A stretch of 64,000 nucleotides of DNA from Caecitellus pseudoparvulus (lineage: Eukaryota > Protista > Bigyra: Bicosoecida): positions 116,454 to 180,453 of the forward strand of contig CBFFRQ010000049.1 of assembly GCA_965644315.1 (NCBI GenBank). Direction: 5' to 3'. Positions within the stretch are counted from its first letter, which is position 1. Each line of letters begins with the position of its first letter. Both the position numbers and the translations under genes were made by a program. Below the pieces are notes generated by a model. It made no database searches and was not told the DNA's origin. It was given only the letters and a program-made list of their open reading frames with translations. Shown here piece by piece: positions 1 to 13,399 of this stretch.

Positions 1-1208
1 CGCTGCCCCCCAGCGGACTGCTGCTCGCCAGCTTGGATGCCAGGTCCGATGCGGGTGTGTGCCCGAATTGCTGCACCACCGCGGCAGTCTCGCTGCCAGT
101 GCTGCTTCGACGGGAAGCAAGTACACCAGGGCTTTCACCAGATATCCTCACCAGTGACTTGGACGCTGGAGCAACGCCCTGACTTGTGTGCCCAGTGGGG
201 GTCACTGAATCCAGCGCCTCCAGCGCAGCGTGCAGTTCACGGCGCCAGCGGAAGAGTGTTCGTTGGCTCACAAGCTTGCCGGGGCTCATGCTTCCTGGAA
301 CAAGCCAGCTCATCGCCCTCGAGCGAGCTCCTTGATGAGCCGGGGATGGGCTCCCCTTGCCGTCAGGTGCAAGGTGCAGCTGCGTTGCCTGCAGCATCGC
401 AGCTGGTGAAGAGTTGCGCCCGCGCCGCTCCCCACCAGACCCCGCCTTCCCACCTGCAGGCAGGGGGACCAGTGGTGACTGTTCTGCTGAACTACTTGGC
501 ATTGAGGGCTGCCCTTCCTCTGCACTGTCATCGTCCGAGGCGGAGCAGGCGCCGGTGCCCTGCCCAGCGCCCTGCTCTGGCAGGTCAGTCAACGGGTGTC
601 TGACCTGAACCCCCGCTCTCCCACCAAAGCCTGGCTGTTGCCAGTGGTCACCAAGGTTTTGATGTGCACCTTGCTGCAGATGGGGTGCGCGTGCTGCAGC
701 CAGGTGCACGCCCCGCAGCACAAACACGTCAGCCAGCAGCCCCTTCAAGCGGTCCAGGGCATCCACTGATGTGGCAACTTCGTACACAGCCTCCACATGA
801 GCAACATGAATGTTTGTCGTTAGTAAGTGGTGACGCAATCGTGGAAGCTCTGCCGTGACGCCTTCCGGCCACCCCATGCGTGCGAAGCACACCAGTGATG
901 ACAAGGATGTGCCCACTGCGTCATCAGGGTCTCTGGCCAGCAGCCTGTCCAAGCAGTTGAAGTCCAGCTTTTCGTACTCCGCAGCTTCGCCGGCAGGGGT
1001 CGTTGGGGTTGCCGTGCTAGGCGACTCGTGCTGCGCCTGGGCTCCCCAGTGGGGCTCTGTCATTGGTGCAGCGCTGCGCTCCCAACTTTGGCGAAACGCC
1101 TGCTGTGACCCAGTCGTGAGTTCGACTTTGAGCAGGCGGCACAGCGCCCGAGTCACGACAAAGCCTATGAGAGCACACTCTTGCATTAATCCTCGCCCAT
1201 CGTCGGTC

Positions 1209-2832
1209 TTACCACCGTTTAGAATTTGCGACACCTGACGATTGGCAAGCCGGGCAAGCCCACTGCCCAGCGGGCACATCGTGCTCTGTCATGCCCACGC
1301 AAGACAAGTGGAAGGCAAGGGGACAGAAGTCGCAGCAAAGCAAACTGCCCACACCTGAGCACTTGCCGCACACTTGCTGGTTGCTGTCAGTGCCTGAGCC
1401 CCGGACCACCCGGTCGCCCCCTGCAGCCTCATCTGCGCTGCCGGTCAGCAGCCACGCTGCAGCCTCTTGCTTCACCAAGTCCCGAACCTCAGGCTGGGCG
1501 AGGGCTGCGCAGCGGGAATACAAGCCCTTCAGCCGCGCTTGCTTGGCCAGGTTGAGCCCCACAGCAGCCCCTGCCCTGCCTCGCTTGAGCGCTCCCCTTC
1601 TCACAGCTCCCACCCTGAAGACTTGTCGGTCCCGCGCGAATCGAAGCTCAAGAGGGGTACTCTGTGATGGAAGCGTGGGAATGCGTCATGCTTACTGACA
1701 TGCGTAGTGTGCACAGGGAAGTGCAGCAACATCACGCACTGTTGAGCCCCAAATGGCGCCTACGGGCCCCACCTGTGCGCGGTGGCCTTGCCCGACAGGG
1801 TACGCCACTTGGTCGCTGTCAGGGTCCCAGGCCGCCCTGGCACCAAACTTGGGGACAAGGCGAGCCCCGCCACGCCTGAGTGGCATCAAAGTCGCCTCCT
1901 TGCTCACAGGGCCAGTTGGCTGCTTGCCCGCCAGCCGTGCCATTTCATCACTGCCTGCCAAGCCCTTCCCCTTGCGTCTGGCTCGGAGAGTTGCCCGGTG
2001 CTTCCTCGCCGCTCCGGCGTCTGCCAAGAAGCCACGGCAGGTCTCTGCCCCACACAAACACTTCCAGGGGCTCTCCCCGAAGTGACACCATTGGTAGTCG
2101 TAACTCAGCTCCTCCCCCGCTGAGATGTCCTTGACGGCAAACATGGCGACGCGTGTCTCATTCCCCACTTGCCACTTTTGGGTCATACAGTTGGGGCCGC
2201 AGCTATGGTTCAAGAACCTGGCAAGCCCGCCAGCCAAGCCAGCGTCGATAGTGACGTCGGGGCCGATTTCCATGAGGTAGAAGTGGGGGTTGCCACTCTC
2301 CTGGTACATCTTCTTACGCCGCTCGACTTCAGCACGGTCGATGACGTCCCCCACATACTCCACGACGAAAGCACCACTTGGAATGTCCTGTGTGGCGAAG
2401 GCCCCCCAGCCCTTTGCCCCGCAGTACTTCAGCTCCACGTTCCATGGGTTCGCGCCGGCAGTGGAGAAGGCGCGGTTGCCACACGCCCCCTCACCAAAGC
2501 TGCAGTTGTTGGCGTTGCACTCAACCTGCACGACCCTATTCTCGCCTGCAGTGGCGCACTTGGGCGTGCCACAGGCCACTGCAACAGCGGCGTAGTCAGC
2601 GGCACTCACACTCCTCGTCACACTGCGCAGCGCCTCGGGCTTTGCAGCTGCAGCCTCCGACGCAGTCCGAGGCAGTTGCCAGAGTCAGGGAAACGTTCGC
2701 CTTCCTCACTGCAGGGCTCATGTACCTCAACTTTTTCAGCTTCTTGTACGGGTGGATTGCCTGCGCAGCGCGCAGCACGTGGCAAAGGCCATTGCGTGGG
2801 GTGCCTGCGGCATTTGAACGGCAGCAGGCCAC
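1209..2832 (-). CDS. SET-domain histone lysine methyltransferase (NSD/ASH1/SETD2 class) with AWS, SET, post-SET and a downstream PHD finger; spliced. Only the supported core is given; the gene probably extends upstream toward ~3100 and downstream toward position 1
   Basis: ORF 1692..2621 has the AWS motif (CNANNCSFGEGACGNRAF), SET motifs (KGWGAFATQDI, FVVEYVGDVI, ARFLNHSCGPN, GEELSYDY) and post-SET CLCGAETCRG. ORF 1209..1613 has a PHD finger (CGKC...LLCCDFCPLAFHLSC...WACPAC). Minus-strand GT-AG sites can join the pieces. Confidence 0.85.
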
Positions 2833-3178
2833 ACCTGACTGCTTCGGCTCATTCCCGCTGAGAATTCACTGGATCCGAGCTCTTCTGCCGCATCAAAATC
2901 AATACACTGCACTGCAAGTGCGTGGCCAAGCATGCAAGACGCATGCCTACTGCTTGCAGGCGCCCATCGCAGCCTGTCCCCCCCTCCACTGGCTCGGCAT
3001 GCTGCCAGCAGGGCCGCGTGCACACCGCTCCTCGCAGTGCAGTCCATGACAACCGTGGTGCACGCTATTGAGCAGGTGGCAAGCAAGTCAGTGCCTCCTT
3101 GGGGCAGGGTAGTTGTTTGGATTTTGGAGCCCCACGCATGCTGCAGCGCTGCAGCCACGCCTCAGAAACCTGCCACGC

Positions 3179-5018
3179 TCACACTTCATCCCAAAGGTGC
3201 TCATTCTCTGCTGTGAGGGCTGCAGCCGCGTCTTTTACGGCGTCCCCCACTTCACCTTCTATGGAGCCATCTTCCAAGATGGCCTTCAAGCAGCTGGCGA
3301 TGTCTGCCTGCCGGTACACGGCCCCGCCCGCCCCGGCTAAATCCAGCCTGCGGCTACCCAGCAAAGCCTTCAGAAGCAACAGGTACTCCACACGCAGGTG
3401 ACTCTCGGGCCCGAGATCAACCAGCTCTCTCAGGCAAATGTCAGCAATGACACGCACATCAGCGCCCATCAGGACGCCCGCCGTGCTGGGGCGTTGCAGG
3501 AGATGGCACAACAGCTGCACAGCTGTTGACAGGCTTGTTTCCGGCACCCGCACGTCATCTTCACCACCAAAGTCTGCCCTGTTACTAAGCACGGCAAGTG
3601 CTCCATCGATCAAATTCTGGCCGCGCGCGTCTCCCACTGCTGCCGCCAAGATTACGTCAAAGTCGCTGCTCTGCAAGCTCAGCAGCGCTGCCAGTGCGTC
3701 CACCCACGCGATTCGAATGGGCACCGTCCAAGGCACGACAGCTGCTGCCTCCAGCAGAACAGCAATACAAGCACACTGAGTCTCCACTGCCAGTGTGGCA
3801 CTAGACTGCGATATTTGCTGCAGAATGGTGGCCAGGAACATCAGCCAGGTGGCGGCTGAATGTGCGTCCACCCCAGGCGACGTCCCTGGAACGGCACTTT
3901 TCACCTCGGCCCCCCCGAGCCTTGGCGGCCAGCAAACTGTACATGGAGCAAACTTGGCACCTGTGATGGCATTCCACAGACCACTGCTCGATGCTGCGAT
4001 GGCATCGTCCACCTCCCATCCCCAGCGCCCATCCCAGCAACCGCTAAGCACCTCTGGCTCCACCTGTCCCAGCAGGTACAGAAATTGTGCTGTTCGAGTG
4101 CACAGAAGGGGCGGGGCCGTCACTTGCCAAAGACTGAGCAAGAGCCGTGGGAGGGCAAAGTCGTCTCGAGCGGCGGCGGCCTGCCACTCCTCATCTTCCC
4201 CAACAGCAGATGCCAGCTCCACGCCTGCTGCCACAGCTCGCGTCAGCGCTGATACGTTGCCACCACCTGTTTGCAGCGCCCCTAAGCCATGCAAGATGTC
4301 GTCACTGTCTGGTAGCCCAGTGGCTCGCAGGGCTTCCCACACCCCCTCCTCCTCGGCAATACTGCAGGCTTCCTCCACAAGCTCCTCACACTCAAGCGTC
4401 GCTTCCCGCTCTGCTTGGCTCACAACGCCTTCCGGCTTGGACCAGGACGTGGCACCTGTCACTGTGTGTACGTAAAAGACATCGCCCTTCCCTGTGCCCC
4501 TGCTCTCAGTGTGCCGCTCCACCCAGGAGCCCCCTGAAGCTCCAGATGAAGGGCCCAAAGTGCAAGGCACCACGTCCGTGTCGTGCCACTGCTGAAACGC
4601 TGCGGGGAGCGATGTGGGGAAGGAGGCGATCATGGCCTCCAAAGCAGGGTCTTCCACTGACTCGTGCAGCACGAGGTGGGCTGCTGCATGAGCTGGCGAG
4701 GCCGCAAGACCACCAGCGCCAGCAGCTTGAGCTGCAGGCTCAGCTGCCAGCGACTCGATTGCTGCTTGCTCTTCCTCATGGGCCTCTTCATCCTCAGGTC
4801 GGAGGAAGTCTTCATCTTCCTTGTCGAAGAGGGGCACGTCTTCCTCATTCAGGCCGTCGGGCGGATCCCAGGAAGTTTCTTGACTTTCCCTGCGAGGGCA
4901 AGGTGGAAGGTGGCGGAACTTGATCCCCGTCGACCACGCCGAGCACGGTTCCGCACACGTTGTAGAAATAGGTCGCAGAGCCGTCACCCGGGACGCAACG
5001 TCGCCAATATGTCTCCAT
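3179..5018 (-). CDS. Protein with two WW domains and a C-terminal SPIN90/Ldb17 (WISH/DIP/SPIN90)-like helical domain; intron ~4890..4956
   Basis: Splicing from ATG 5018 gives METYWRRCVPGDGSATYFYNVESQETSWDPP (WW1). WW2 is SWVERH...FYVHTVTGATSWSKP. The C-terminal DVRVIADICLRELVDLGPESHLRVEYLLLLKALL resembles the SPIN90/Ldb17 signature. Confidence 0.7.
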
Positions 5019-5307
5019 GAACCTGGCACCTGCTGCTGCCGTGTGTCTACCGCTTGGGGGAGCGGGTGCTCGACTCCTGGTCCAAGCACAAGCTTCGTGG
5101 GCGGCGAGGGCAGGGGCTGCTTGATCTGGGACGGTGCTCTTAAAAATGTTTCCCCCGTTCCTTGTGCAGGCACTTGCCCCCAGTTCCACCTTGCGTTATC
5201 AAAAGTGTGCCTTCATGCTGACTTGGGGTGGCTGGCTCCCTGCGGAATTGGACTTGGCGCTGCCAGTCGCCTGGCCTGAAGCTCAGAGCCAGCCTTTCGA
5301 GTGAGCC

Positions 5308-8300
5308 ATGGACAAGGAGCTGCTGAAACCCGTGGATACAGTGGAGGAAAAATGGCGACTGCTCCCCTCCTTCCTGAAGGTGCGTTCAGTCTGCACAGCC
5401 GTGCCGTCAAAGCGAACGTCCACACCCAGCACTGCCTTTCTGCTCCCCCCAGGTTCGAGGTGTCGTGAATCAGCACATCGCAAGTTACAACCACTTTGTG
5501 ACAGTTGGTCTGAAGAGCATGCTGAAGGCTAACGCCGTCGTCAGGAGCGAGGTGCGTGTCTCACGCTCGCGCCGGCTGAGTGGCGCACTGGCTCTCACCG
5601 ATCCAACTCCCCGTCGCCTGTACAGGCTGATCCCAAGTTCTTCCTGGAGTACGTCAACATTTACGTCGGGCAGCCCAACGCAGAGGAACAGGACATGGTG
5701 CAGAGGCAAGGTATGGCTGAAAGGCTGCACAGTTCAGCGCCAAGCGCTGTCTTCATTCCGTGCACCCACCCTGCACAGTAAGCCCGCACGAGTGCCGCTT
5801 GAGGGACCTGACCTATGCGGCGCCAGTGTACGTCGACGTGAAGTACACTCGTGGGGATACAGTTGTTCTGCGTCGCAAGGTGGAGGTTGGGCGGTTGCCC
5901 ATCATGCTCCGCTCAACACTGTGCGTGTTGACCGGCAAGTCCCCGGCACAGATGATTGCCCTGCAGGAGTGCCCACACGACCCCGGTGGCTACTTCGTCA
6001 TCAAAGGGACTGAGCGGGTTGTACTGAGTCAAGAGCAGCTATCCAAGAACCGCATCATTTTGGAGCTGGACCCGAAAGGCGACGTGTCGGCGTCAGTGAC
6101 CTCCTCCACGGCCATGCGCAAGTCACGCACAGTCATTCACCTCAAGAACAACTACCTTCACATGAAGCACAACACAGTGGGGGACGACGTCCCCATTGTT
6201 GTTGTGTTCAAAGCAATGGGCATTGTCAGCGACCAGGAGATTGTGTCCCTCATCGGAGCTGAGGATGGCTTCCAGGAGTACATTGTGGCAGCGCTGGAGG
6301 AAGCGTCGGCCTTGGGCATCTTTACCCAGGCGCAAGCTCTGGACTACCTAGGCAGCTTGATCAAAGCCAAGCGCCTGGCTGGCTCAAGCTCCTCCCTCTC
6401 CCGCACTGACGAAGCGCGCAACATCCTCACGGATGTCGTTTTGGTGCACGTGCCTGTCGTGGCATTCAACTTCAAGCTGAAGGCAACGTACATGGCTCAC
6501 ATGGTGAGACGCATTTTGCTGTGCGCGACAGGAGTCTTGGAGCTGGATGACAAAGATTACTACGGCAACAAGCGCCTGGAGCTTGCTGGCCAGTCCATAG
6601 CCCTGCTGTTCGAAGACTCCTTCAAGCGCTTCAACGGGGAGCTATCCAGGCAGGCGGACAATGTCCTGAGCAAGCCAAGCAGGGCCTCTTCCTTTGACGT
6701 CGTGAAGCATGTCCGCCCAGACATTATCACCAACGCCATGGTGCAGGCGATCGCCACTGGGAACTGGTCCCTCAAGCGTTTCAAGATGGAGCAAGCAGGC
6801 ATGACGCAACAAGTCACGCGCCACTCTTACCTGTCAGCGATGGGTCTGATGGCCCGTGTGCAGTCACAGTTTGAGAAGACCCGCAAGGCTGCTGGGCCAC
6901 GTGCACTGCAGCCTTCACAGTGGGGCATGCTGTGCCCCTCTGACACGCCAGAAGGGGAAGGTTGCGGCCTGGCCAAGTCTCTCGCCCTGCTTACCCACGT
7001 CACGACTGATGAAGAGCCTGCCCCAGTGCACCGCCTCTGCTTCGACCTCGGCATGGAAGACATTGAAATGCTTGCTGGTGAAGAAATCAATGCTGGCAAC
7101 TTCCTCGTGTTCCTGAACGGGTTGCTCGTCGGTGCTCACCGCCGCCCTCACGAGTTTGCGAGGCGCATGCGCCTGCTGCGCCGCCTGGGCATCATTGGGG
7201 AGTTCGTCTCAGTATACCTGCACGAAGATCAGCATAGTGTTCACATTTCCACTGATGGCGGACGGGTGTGCCGTCCGCTGATTATCGTGGATCCCGTCAC
7301 GCGGCAACCCCGCATCACACAGGAACACATCTCGCAGGTGAGAGCCGGGCTGAGGGACTTCAACTCGTTCCTGGTGGACAACTGCATTGAGTATGTGGAT
7401 GTCAGCGAGGAGAACAACTGCCTTGTTGCACTACGCGAGGTTGACATCCGGGAGGGTACGACACACCTGGAAATTGACCCCATGACAGTGCTGGGTGTTG
7501 TGGCAAGTCTCATCCCATACCCCCACCACAACCAGTCCCCACGAAACACGTACCAGTGTGCCATGGGCAAACAGGCCATGGGAACCATTGCGCACAACCA
7601 GCTTGAACGCATTGATACGCTGATCCTGCTTATGTGCTACCCACAACGCCCGCTGGTGCGCACGCGGGTCAGCGACATGATCGGATTTGACCAGTTGCCA
7701 GCGGGGCAGCAAGCCATCATTGCCGTCATGTCATACAGCGGGTACGACATTGAGGATGCCATTGTCCTGAACAAGGCTTCGCTTGACCGTGGCTTCATGC
7801 GGTGCTGGGTCATGCGCAAGTACGCAACCACCATGATGGCATACCAAAACGGCACGTATGACAGGGTAATGGGACCTGCACCCCTCGCTGAAGGGGCGTT
7901 TGCGAAAAGCCGCATGGAGCGCATGCAAGCTCTCGATTCTGACGGGATGGCGAGGGTTGGCTGGCACGTGTACCCTGGCAATATCCTCGTGAACAAGGAG
8001 AGCCCAGCCAACACGACGGAAGCGTCTGGTCTGTCTGCTGTATCGACCACGCAGTACAAGTCAACGCCAGTCTCCTTCAAGTCAGGCAAGAGCACCACAG
8101 CCGTCGTGGACCGCGTCATGCTCACGTCAACTCCAGCTGCAAAGCTCCTCATCAAGGTGGTGACCAGGCAATGCCGCCGCCCCGAGCTTGGGGACAAGTT
8201 CTCTTCCAGGCACGGGCAAAAGGGTGTGTGCGGCCTCATCTCCCCCCAGGAGGACATGCCCTTCACAGATGAAGGCATCTGCCCGGACCTCATCATGAAC

Positions 8301-8924
8301 CCTCACGGCTTTCCCAAGCGCATGACGGTCGGGAAGCTCATCGAGCTCATTGCTGGGAAAGCCAGTGTGCTGGATGGGTACCGGAGGTATGGCACCGCCT
8401 TCGGCGGTGACAAGACAGCAGACATCTCCGCAGCCTTGGTGCAGCGGGGCTACCACTACGCCGGGAAGGAGTACTTGACGAGCGGCATCACAGGGGAACC
8501 CTTGAGGGCGTATGTTTTCTTTGGCCCCATGTACTACCAGAAGCTGAAGCACATGGTCATGGACAAGATGCATGCTCGGGCGACTGGCCCGGTCACCCTG
8601 CTGACAAGGCAGCCAACCGAGGGCCGCTCGCGTGATGGCGGTCTTCGATTGGGCGAGATGGAGAGAGACTGCCTCATTGGCCATGGTGCTAGCATGCTCC
8701 TCCAAGAGCGTCTGATGCTGTCTTCAGACGTTTTCACTGCCTACGTGTGTACTTCAGCCCAATGCGGAGGGCTGCTTGGGTACAAGGGCTGGTGCACATA
8801 CTGCCGCAGCGGCAAGCACGTGACACCTCTGCGGCTCCCATATGCCTGCAAGCTGTTGTTCCAAGAGTTGCAAGCCATGAACATCGTGCCCAGGCTCCAC
8901 TTGAAGCCCATGCACAAGCGCTAG
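5308..8924 (+). CDS. POLR3B: DNA-directed RNA polymerase III second-largest subunit (RPC2); introns ~5380..5452, 5553..5625, 5711..5778
   Basis: RPC2-type N-terminus [15 protein letters not shown] and motifs [68 protein letters not shown]. Confidence 0.97.
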
Positions 8925-9116
8925 TGCGCGATGGGCTTGACGGGTGTTGCTGAACAGACACAGCTCCAATGCATGTTGTTGCGGAGGGTGGCCGTATACA
9001 AAACATAAAAAACATAACCAACCCCTGTCAACGTAAGACTAGCCTGTTGCACAACAAGGGGAGTGAGCTTGATCGCTTGTGCGCGCGGCCGAGCGGTGCG
9101 GCAGCGGGGCGGAGCC

Positions 9117-11475
9117 ATGTCTGCTGCAGAAGCTGCATTTACAGACGGCGCCCACCCAGACAAGCCTGCTGGCTGGCGTGTGGCCGTGAAATGGGACAGC
9201 GGAAATCTATATGAAGGCGTGGTCACTACTGTGGAGGATGGGAAGGCGCGCATCCACTATGGTTTGTTCAGCGGCTCGTCGGCCCTTTGGTGAAACGCGG
9301 GCAAAACGTTGCCGTGCCTTGCCGCCACAGACGACGGCGATCGAGACTTGGAGCCGCTCGGAAGCGGCCGTATTTCTTGGCTTCGAAAGGAAAGTGTTGG
9401 GGCTCTGCAGCTGGCGAAGCAAGTCCGCCGGGCATGGCGAGGCAAGCCCGAAGAGACCACTGAGGTTTCGGCGACAGCCCAGCTCGTCAACATGCTGGTT
9501 GCAGCTGGTGTTGAGCCAAAAGCTGACCTGGCAGCCCTCCTCACGTCAACGGAATCTCAAGCTGGCACAGGCAGGGATCCCTCCGATGTGCCACCGCCCA
9601 CCATTCTGTCTGAACTCGACCTCACCGCAGCCTCTGGCCTGGACTCGAAAGACCACTCAGCACCAGTGTCAATGGGAGACACCCACGGGACCTCCTTCAG
9701 TGACACGGCTTTGACTTCCGTGGACGCAGACGAAACTAGTGGCTCAGAAGAAGAATCCGATGCCGAATCGGAGGAGGAGTCAGACTCTGAAGGAGATTCG
9801 GAGGAAGAGAGTGAGACGGAGTCCGAGTCGGACTACAGTGACACCACAGCGTCAGAAGACAGCAGTGAGGAAGACGCTTCGGACGGCGAGGGTGGTGGCA
9901 AAGACGCCGAAGATGCAGATGAAACGTCAGTGCATGACATGATCCTGCGCATGCGCCGACCTGCGAGGAGCGGCAGGGCAGTCAAGGTCAAGTGTGAGTT
10001 TGAGCTGTGTATGCAGCTCGCCCACGCCTCGCATGCCCCCCCTCACGAACCCGGCATTCAACGGCACAGGGGTTTGGTGCGAGGGAGGGACTCCAGAGCA
10101 CAGAAGCAAGGGGGCCGCGCAGGCGCTCCCGGTGAAGAAAGGAACCCTTTGCGAAGTTGACGGCGTGGACGTTGTGTGTCGACTTGCAAACGATGCATTT
10201 GGAGATCGGACTGCTTCAGGGCAAGGCGGCAAGGCAGGTGCAGGTGACAGCGGCTCGCAGGATATTTATCTGGCATACTTTGACGAAGATGGTGACCTCA
10301 TCTGTGTGGACAGCAATGAAGATGTGCAGCTCATGTACGCGAGTTACTTCAGATTGTTGGCAGAGTCGCCAGCCGGCGCGAAAACCAAGCCCCACTTTCG
10401 GATCATGGTGTCAGACTGCCCCTTTGGTAGCGCTACGCCGGTTCCCCAGCCCTCTCTCGAGCCGCAGACCCCCACAGAAACGCAGCCCTCCTCGGCAGCT
10501 GCTACAGCAGGGCCACAAGGCTCTGTCCAAGACTGGCGAGTTGGAAAGTTGCTGGGGTCGGGCAGCTTTGGAAAGGTGTACGCAGGACTTGATGAAAACA
10601 CGGGTCAGAATATTGCCATCAAAGCCATCCGTCTGCCGGACAGCATGGTCTCAGAATTCCTCATGAAGGCAGGAAGCTGCACGACTTCAAGCCACGCTGC
10701 TGCTGACTTGACTGCTGTCGAAGGGAGCGCAGACTTTGATGACACCCCAGCGCCCTCCCCAGAAGCAGGGACTGTAGACAGCATCGTGCGGGAAATCCAG
10801 CTCATGGAAGGGCTGCAGCATCCCAACATCGTGCAGTACCTGGGCAGCTCGTTCTTGGTCAAGCAGCAAAAGCTGCTCATTTTCTTAGAGTTTGCAGCCG
10901 GTGGCTCGCTCCTCTCCGTGCTTCAGCAGTTCGGGTCTAAACATGTTGGTCAAGGTCTTCCTGCTGCACTCGTCGCACGCTACGCTCGGGACATGACTCG
11001 CGGCTTGGCTTACCTGCACAGCCACCAAGTCGTCCACCGCGACCTCAAGCCTGCGAATGTCCTGCTCCATGAGGGCAAGGCAAAGCTCGCCGATTTTGGC
11101 TGCTCCAAAATTGCCACGGAGAGCGCAGTGCAGACATCGTCAGCTGTAGGCACAGCTCTTTACTGTGCACCAGAGTTGCTCAGTGACTGCCCAACGTACG
11201 GGTGTGCCTCGGACGTGTGGTCCCTTGGCATCACGACAGCACAACTGCTGCACGGCACCTTGCCATGGGGCGGGAACATTGCGCATGCAGTCTACAAGGC
11301 TTGCTTCAGCGAGGATTTGCCCGACCTTCCCGCCGATGTTCCACAAGCGGCTGTCAGCTTCATTTCGGACTGCCTGAAAAGGTCAGCCAAGGTTCGGCCG
11401 ACGGCTGAAGCCCTGCTTCACCATGCATTTCTCCAAGTTGACGATGCCGCAGCAGCGAAGCACCTCTGGAAGTAG
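9117..11475 (+). CDS. Ser/Thr protein kinase of the STE11/MEKK (MAP3K) type with an N-terminal Tudor-like domain, an acidic tract and a PB1 domain; spliced (intron ~9262..9330 and one near 9992-10120)
   Basis: Kinase motifs LGSGSFGKV, AIK, HRDLKPAN, DFG and APE. PB1 acidic motif YFDEDGDLICVDSNED. Exons 1+2 give GWRVAVKW..GNLYEGVV...RIHYDDGD (Tudor-like). Confidence 0.85.
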
Positions 11476-11484
11476 GTCACTTGG

Positions 11485-12051
11485 TCAAACGAGGCCAATT
11501 TCTGTCTCTGCTTGCTTCAGACGTGCGTTCATGCCCTCCATCAGCCGTAACAGCTGTGTTGGGCAAACAAGCGGCTTGGCATGGAGCGCCGCTGCTTGAA
11601 CTTGAGAGGGAGAGCTGAGAACTTACCTTGGACATATCAGAGGCGTGCTTTTGCATCTGACTTTGTAAGCGTTTGTTCTCAGCTACCTGGACACTAAACT
11701 TGTGGTTCACTTCGTCTCTGAGCGCTTGAAGCTGGGTGCACGAGCAGGAGCTGGGTGCAGCAAGGCCAAGCAAAGGGAGCGTCCGCATCGGAAGCTCTCA
11801 CCTCAGAAGTGATTCGAGCATTGATCATGCTGTCTAGTGCTTCAATCAATGCTTTAATCCTCTCCTGCGCCATGTGAATCAAGTGCTTCGCCCGTGTGCC
11901 TCAGTTTCACGCAACAGTCTCGATTTCCGCAGCCCACCTTTTCCTCGTCCAACGCAGCAATCGCGCGCCGCTGCTGATCAAGTTGCAGGTCATGTTCACG
12001 TGTGAGTGTGTTCAAGCCTTCGACTTGGCTCCGAAGTCCAGAAGCAGCCAT
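11485..12051 (-). CDS. Small uncharacterised coiled-coil protein, about 4 exons
   Basis: Heptad-rich segments (LRSQVEGLNTL..., LQALRDEVNHKFSVQVAENKRLQSQM, LLRLMEGMNARLKQAETEIGLV*) can be joined by canonical GT-AG introns. Confidence 0.6.
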
Positions 12052-12614
12052 GGCCCTGAACAGTGGCTGATGGCAAATCTGCGTTGGCGCCTGTTGTGGA
12101 GTCACAAGTATACCCTCTCAGCGGAGAAGGGGAGCACACACAATACACAGGGCAGCCAATGCAATAGATCTGTGGGAGAATTCTGTGGTTGCAAGGGCTC
12201 GGGATTTGTTGACCATACATCTCCCCCGTTACCAAGAAACGGAACTGAGCGCAGAAGCAAACTATCAGTGGGCGATAGAAGGAGGGTACCCGCCAGGGCA
12301 AGAGACTTTCATTTTGCAAAGCGGGCTAATTTCCCACCACTCGCACGTGGAACCGAGCCGTGCACAAGCCCACACAACGAACTCGACGGCCACAGCCAAG
12401 GCAGAACGCCTGTCCACTCAATCAAGCGCGCACACAGCAACAAGTCAAAGCATTTCACCTTTCACCATACCGTTCGTGGCTTTACACCTTTCAGTTCTCT
12501 TGCCGGCACCGTCCAATCGCCAGCTGGCTCTGTCCTCACGCTCCAGCGTAGCAGAACCGCTGCCGGGGCAAGTGAGCCATACCACAAAGCTCACTACCTG
12601 TTCAACCGGACACT

Positions 12615-13379
12615 ATGGCTGCAGAGTCTGGAATGACATGCAAAGTGCTCGTCCTTGGTGACGCTGCCACTGGAAAGACCAGCATGATCAAACAGTGAGA
12701 CCAGCGAAACGGACATGAAACGCCGCGCGCTGAAAGCACCTATTCTCCACATCCCTGCAGGGCTGTGAGTGGAAACTTTACAGACTTGCACAAGCCAACA
12801 GTTGGCGTCGACTTCCACTTCAAACGGGTGCACCATGACGGAAAGACAGTCACTTTGCAGCTATGGGACTTGGCTGGGCAAGACCGCTTCGGACACATTT
12901 ATCGCGTGTACTACAAAGACGCCTTCGGGGCGGTGCTCGTCTTTGACCTGACAAACCCTGACTCCTTTGCGTCTGTTGCAAACTGGAAGCGCGAAATCGA
13001 CTCGAAAGTCACCCTTCCCAATGGAAAGCCGCTCCCAGTTGTACTCGCTGGAAACAAGGTAAGCACACCCTTTGGCGCCCATTCGCAAGTGTCACAACCA
13101 CACTCCTCATGCCTCCCACGCTCTCAGTGTGACCTTTCTTCGGCTTCGTATGACAAAGCTCAACTTGACGAGTACTGCGAAGCAAATGGTTTCGTCGGCT
13201 GGTTCGCGACATCCGCGAAGACCAACCACAACATCACCGAGACACTCTCCTCATTGGTTGGCCACATGTTGCAGCACGAAGATGCGTTTACAGAGCAACG
13301 CAAAGCTCAGGAGGAGTCGTCCAAGCTTGCAGTTAAGCTGAGCCAGCCGAAGGCTGAGGAAACTGGTAGCTGCTGCTAG
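12615..13379 (+). CDS. RAB32: Rab32/38-subfamily small GTPase; introns 12695..12760 and 13059..13127
   Basis: KVLVLGDAATGKTS, PTVGVDF, LQLWDLAGQDRFG, RVYYK, IDSKVTLPNGKPLPVVLAGNKCD, GWFATSAK and a C-terminal CC prenylation motif. Confidence 0.9.
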
Positions 13380-13399
13380 GGTAAGACGGGCGAAGCGAA

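Noticed and set aside
11896-12636. 246-aa plus-strand ORF upstream of Rab32
   Set aside because: It overlaps a minus-strand gene and a divergent promoter, starts at a non-ATG codon and has no motifs.
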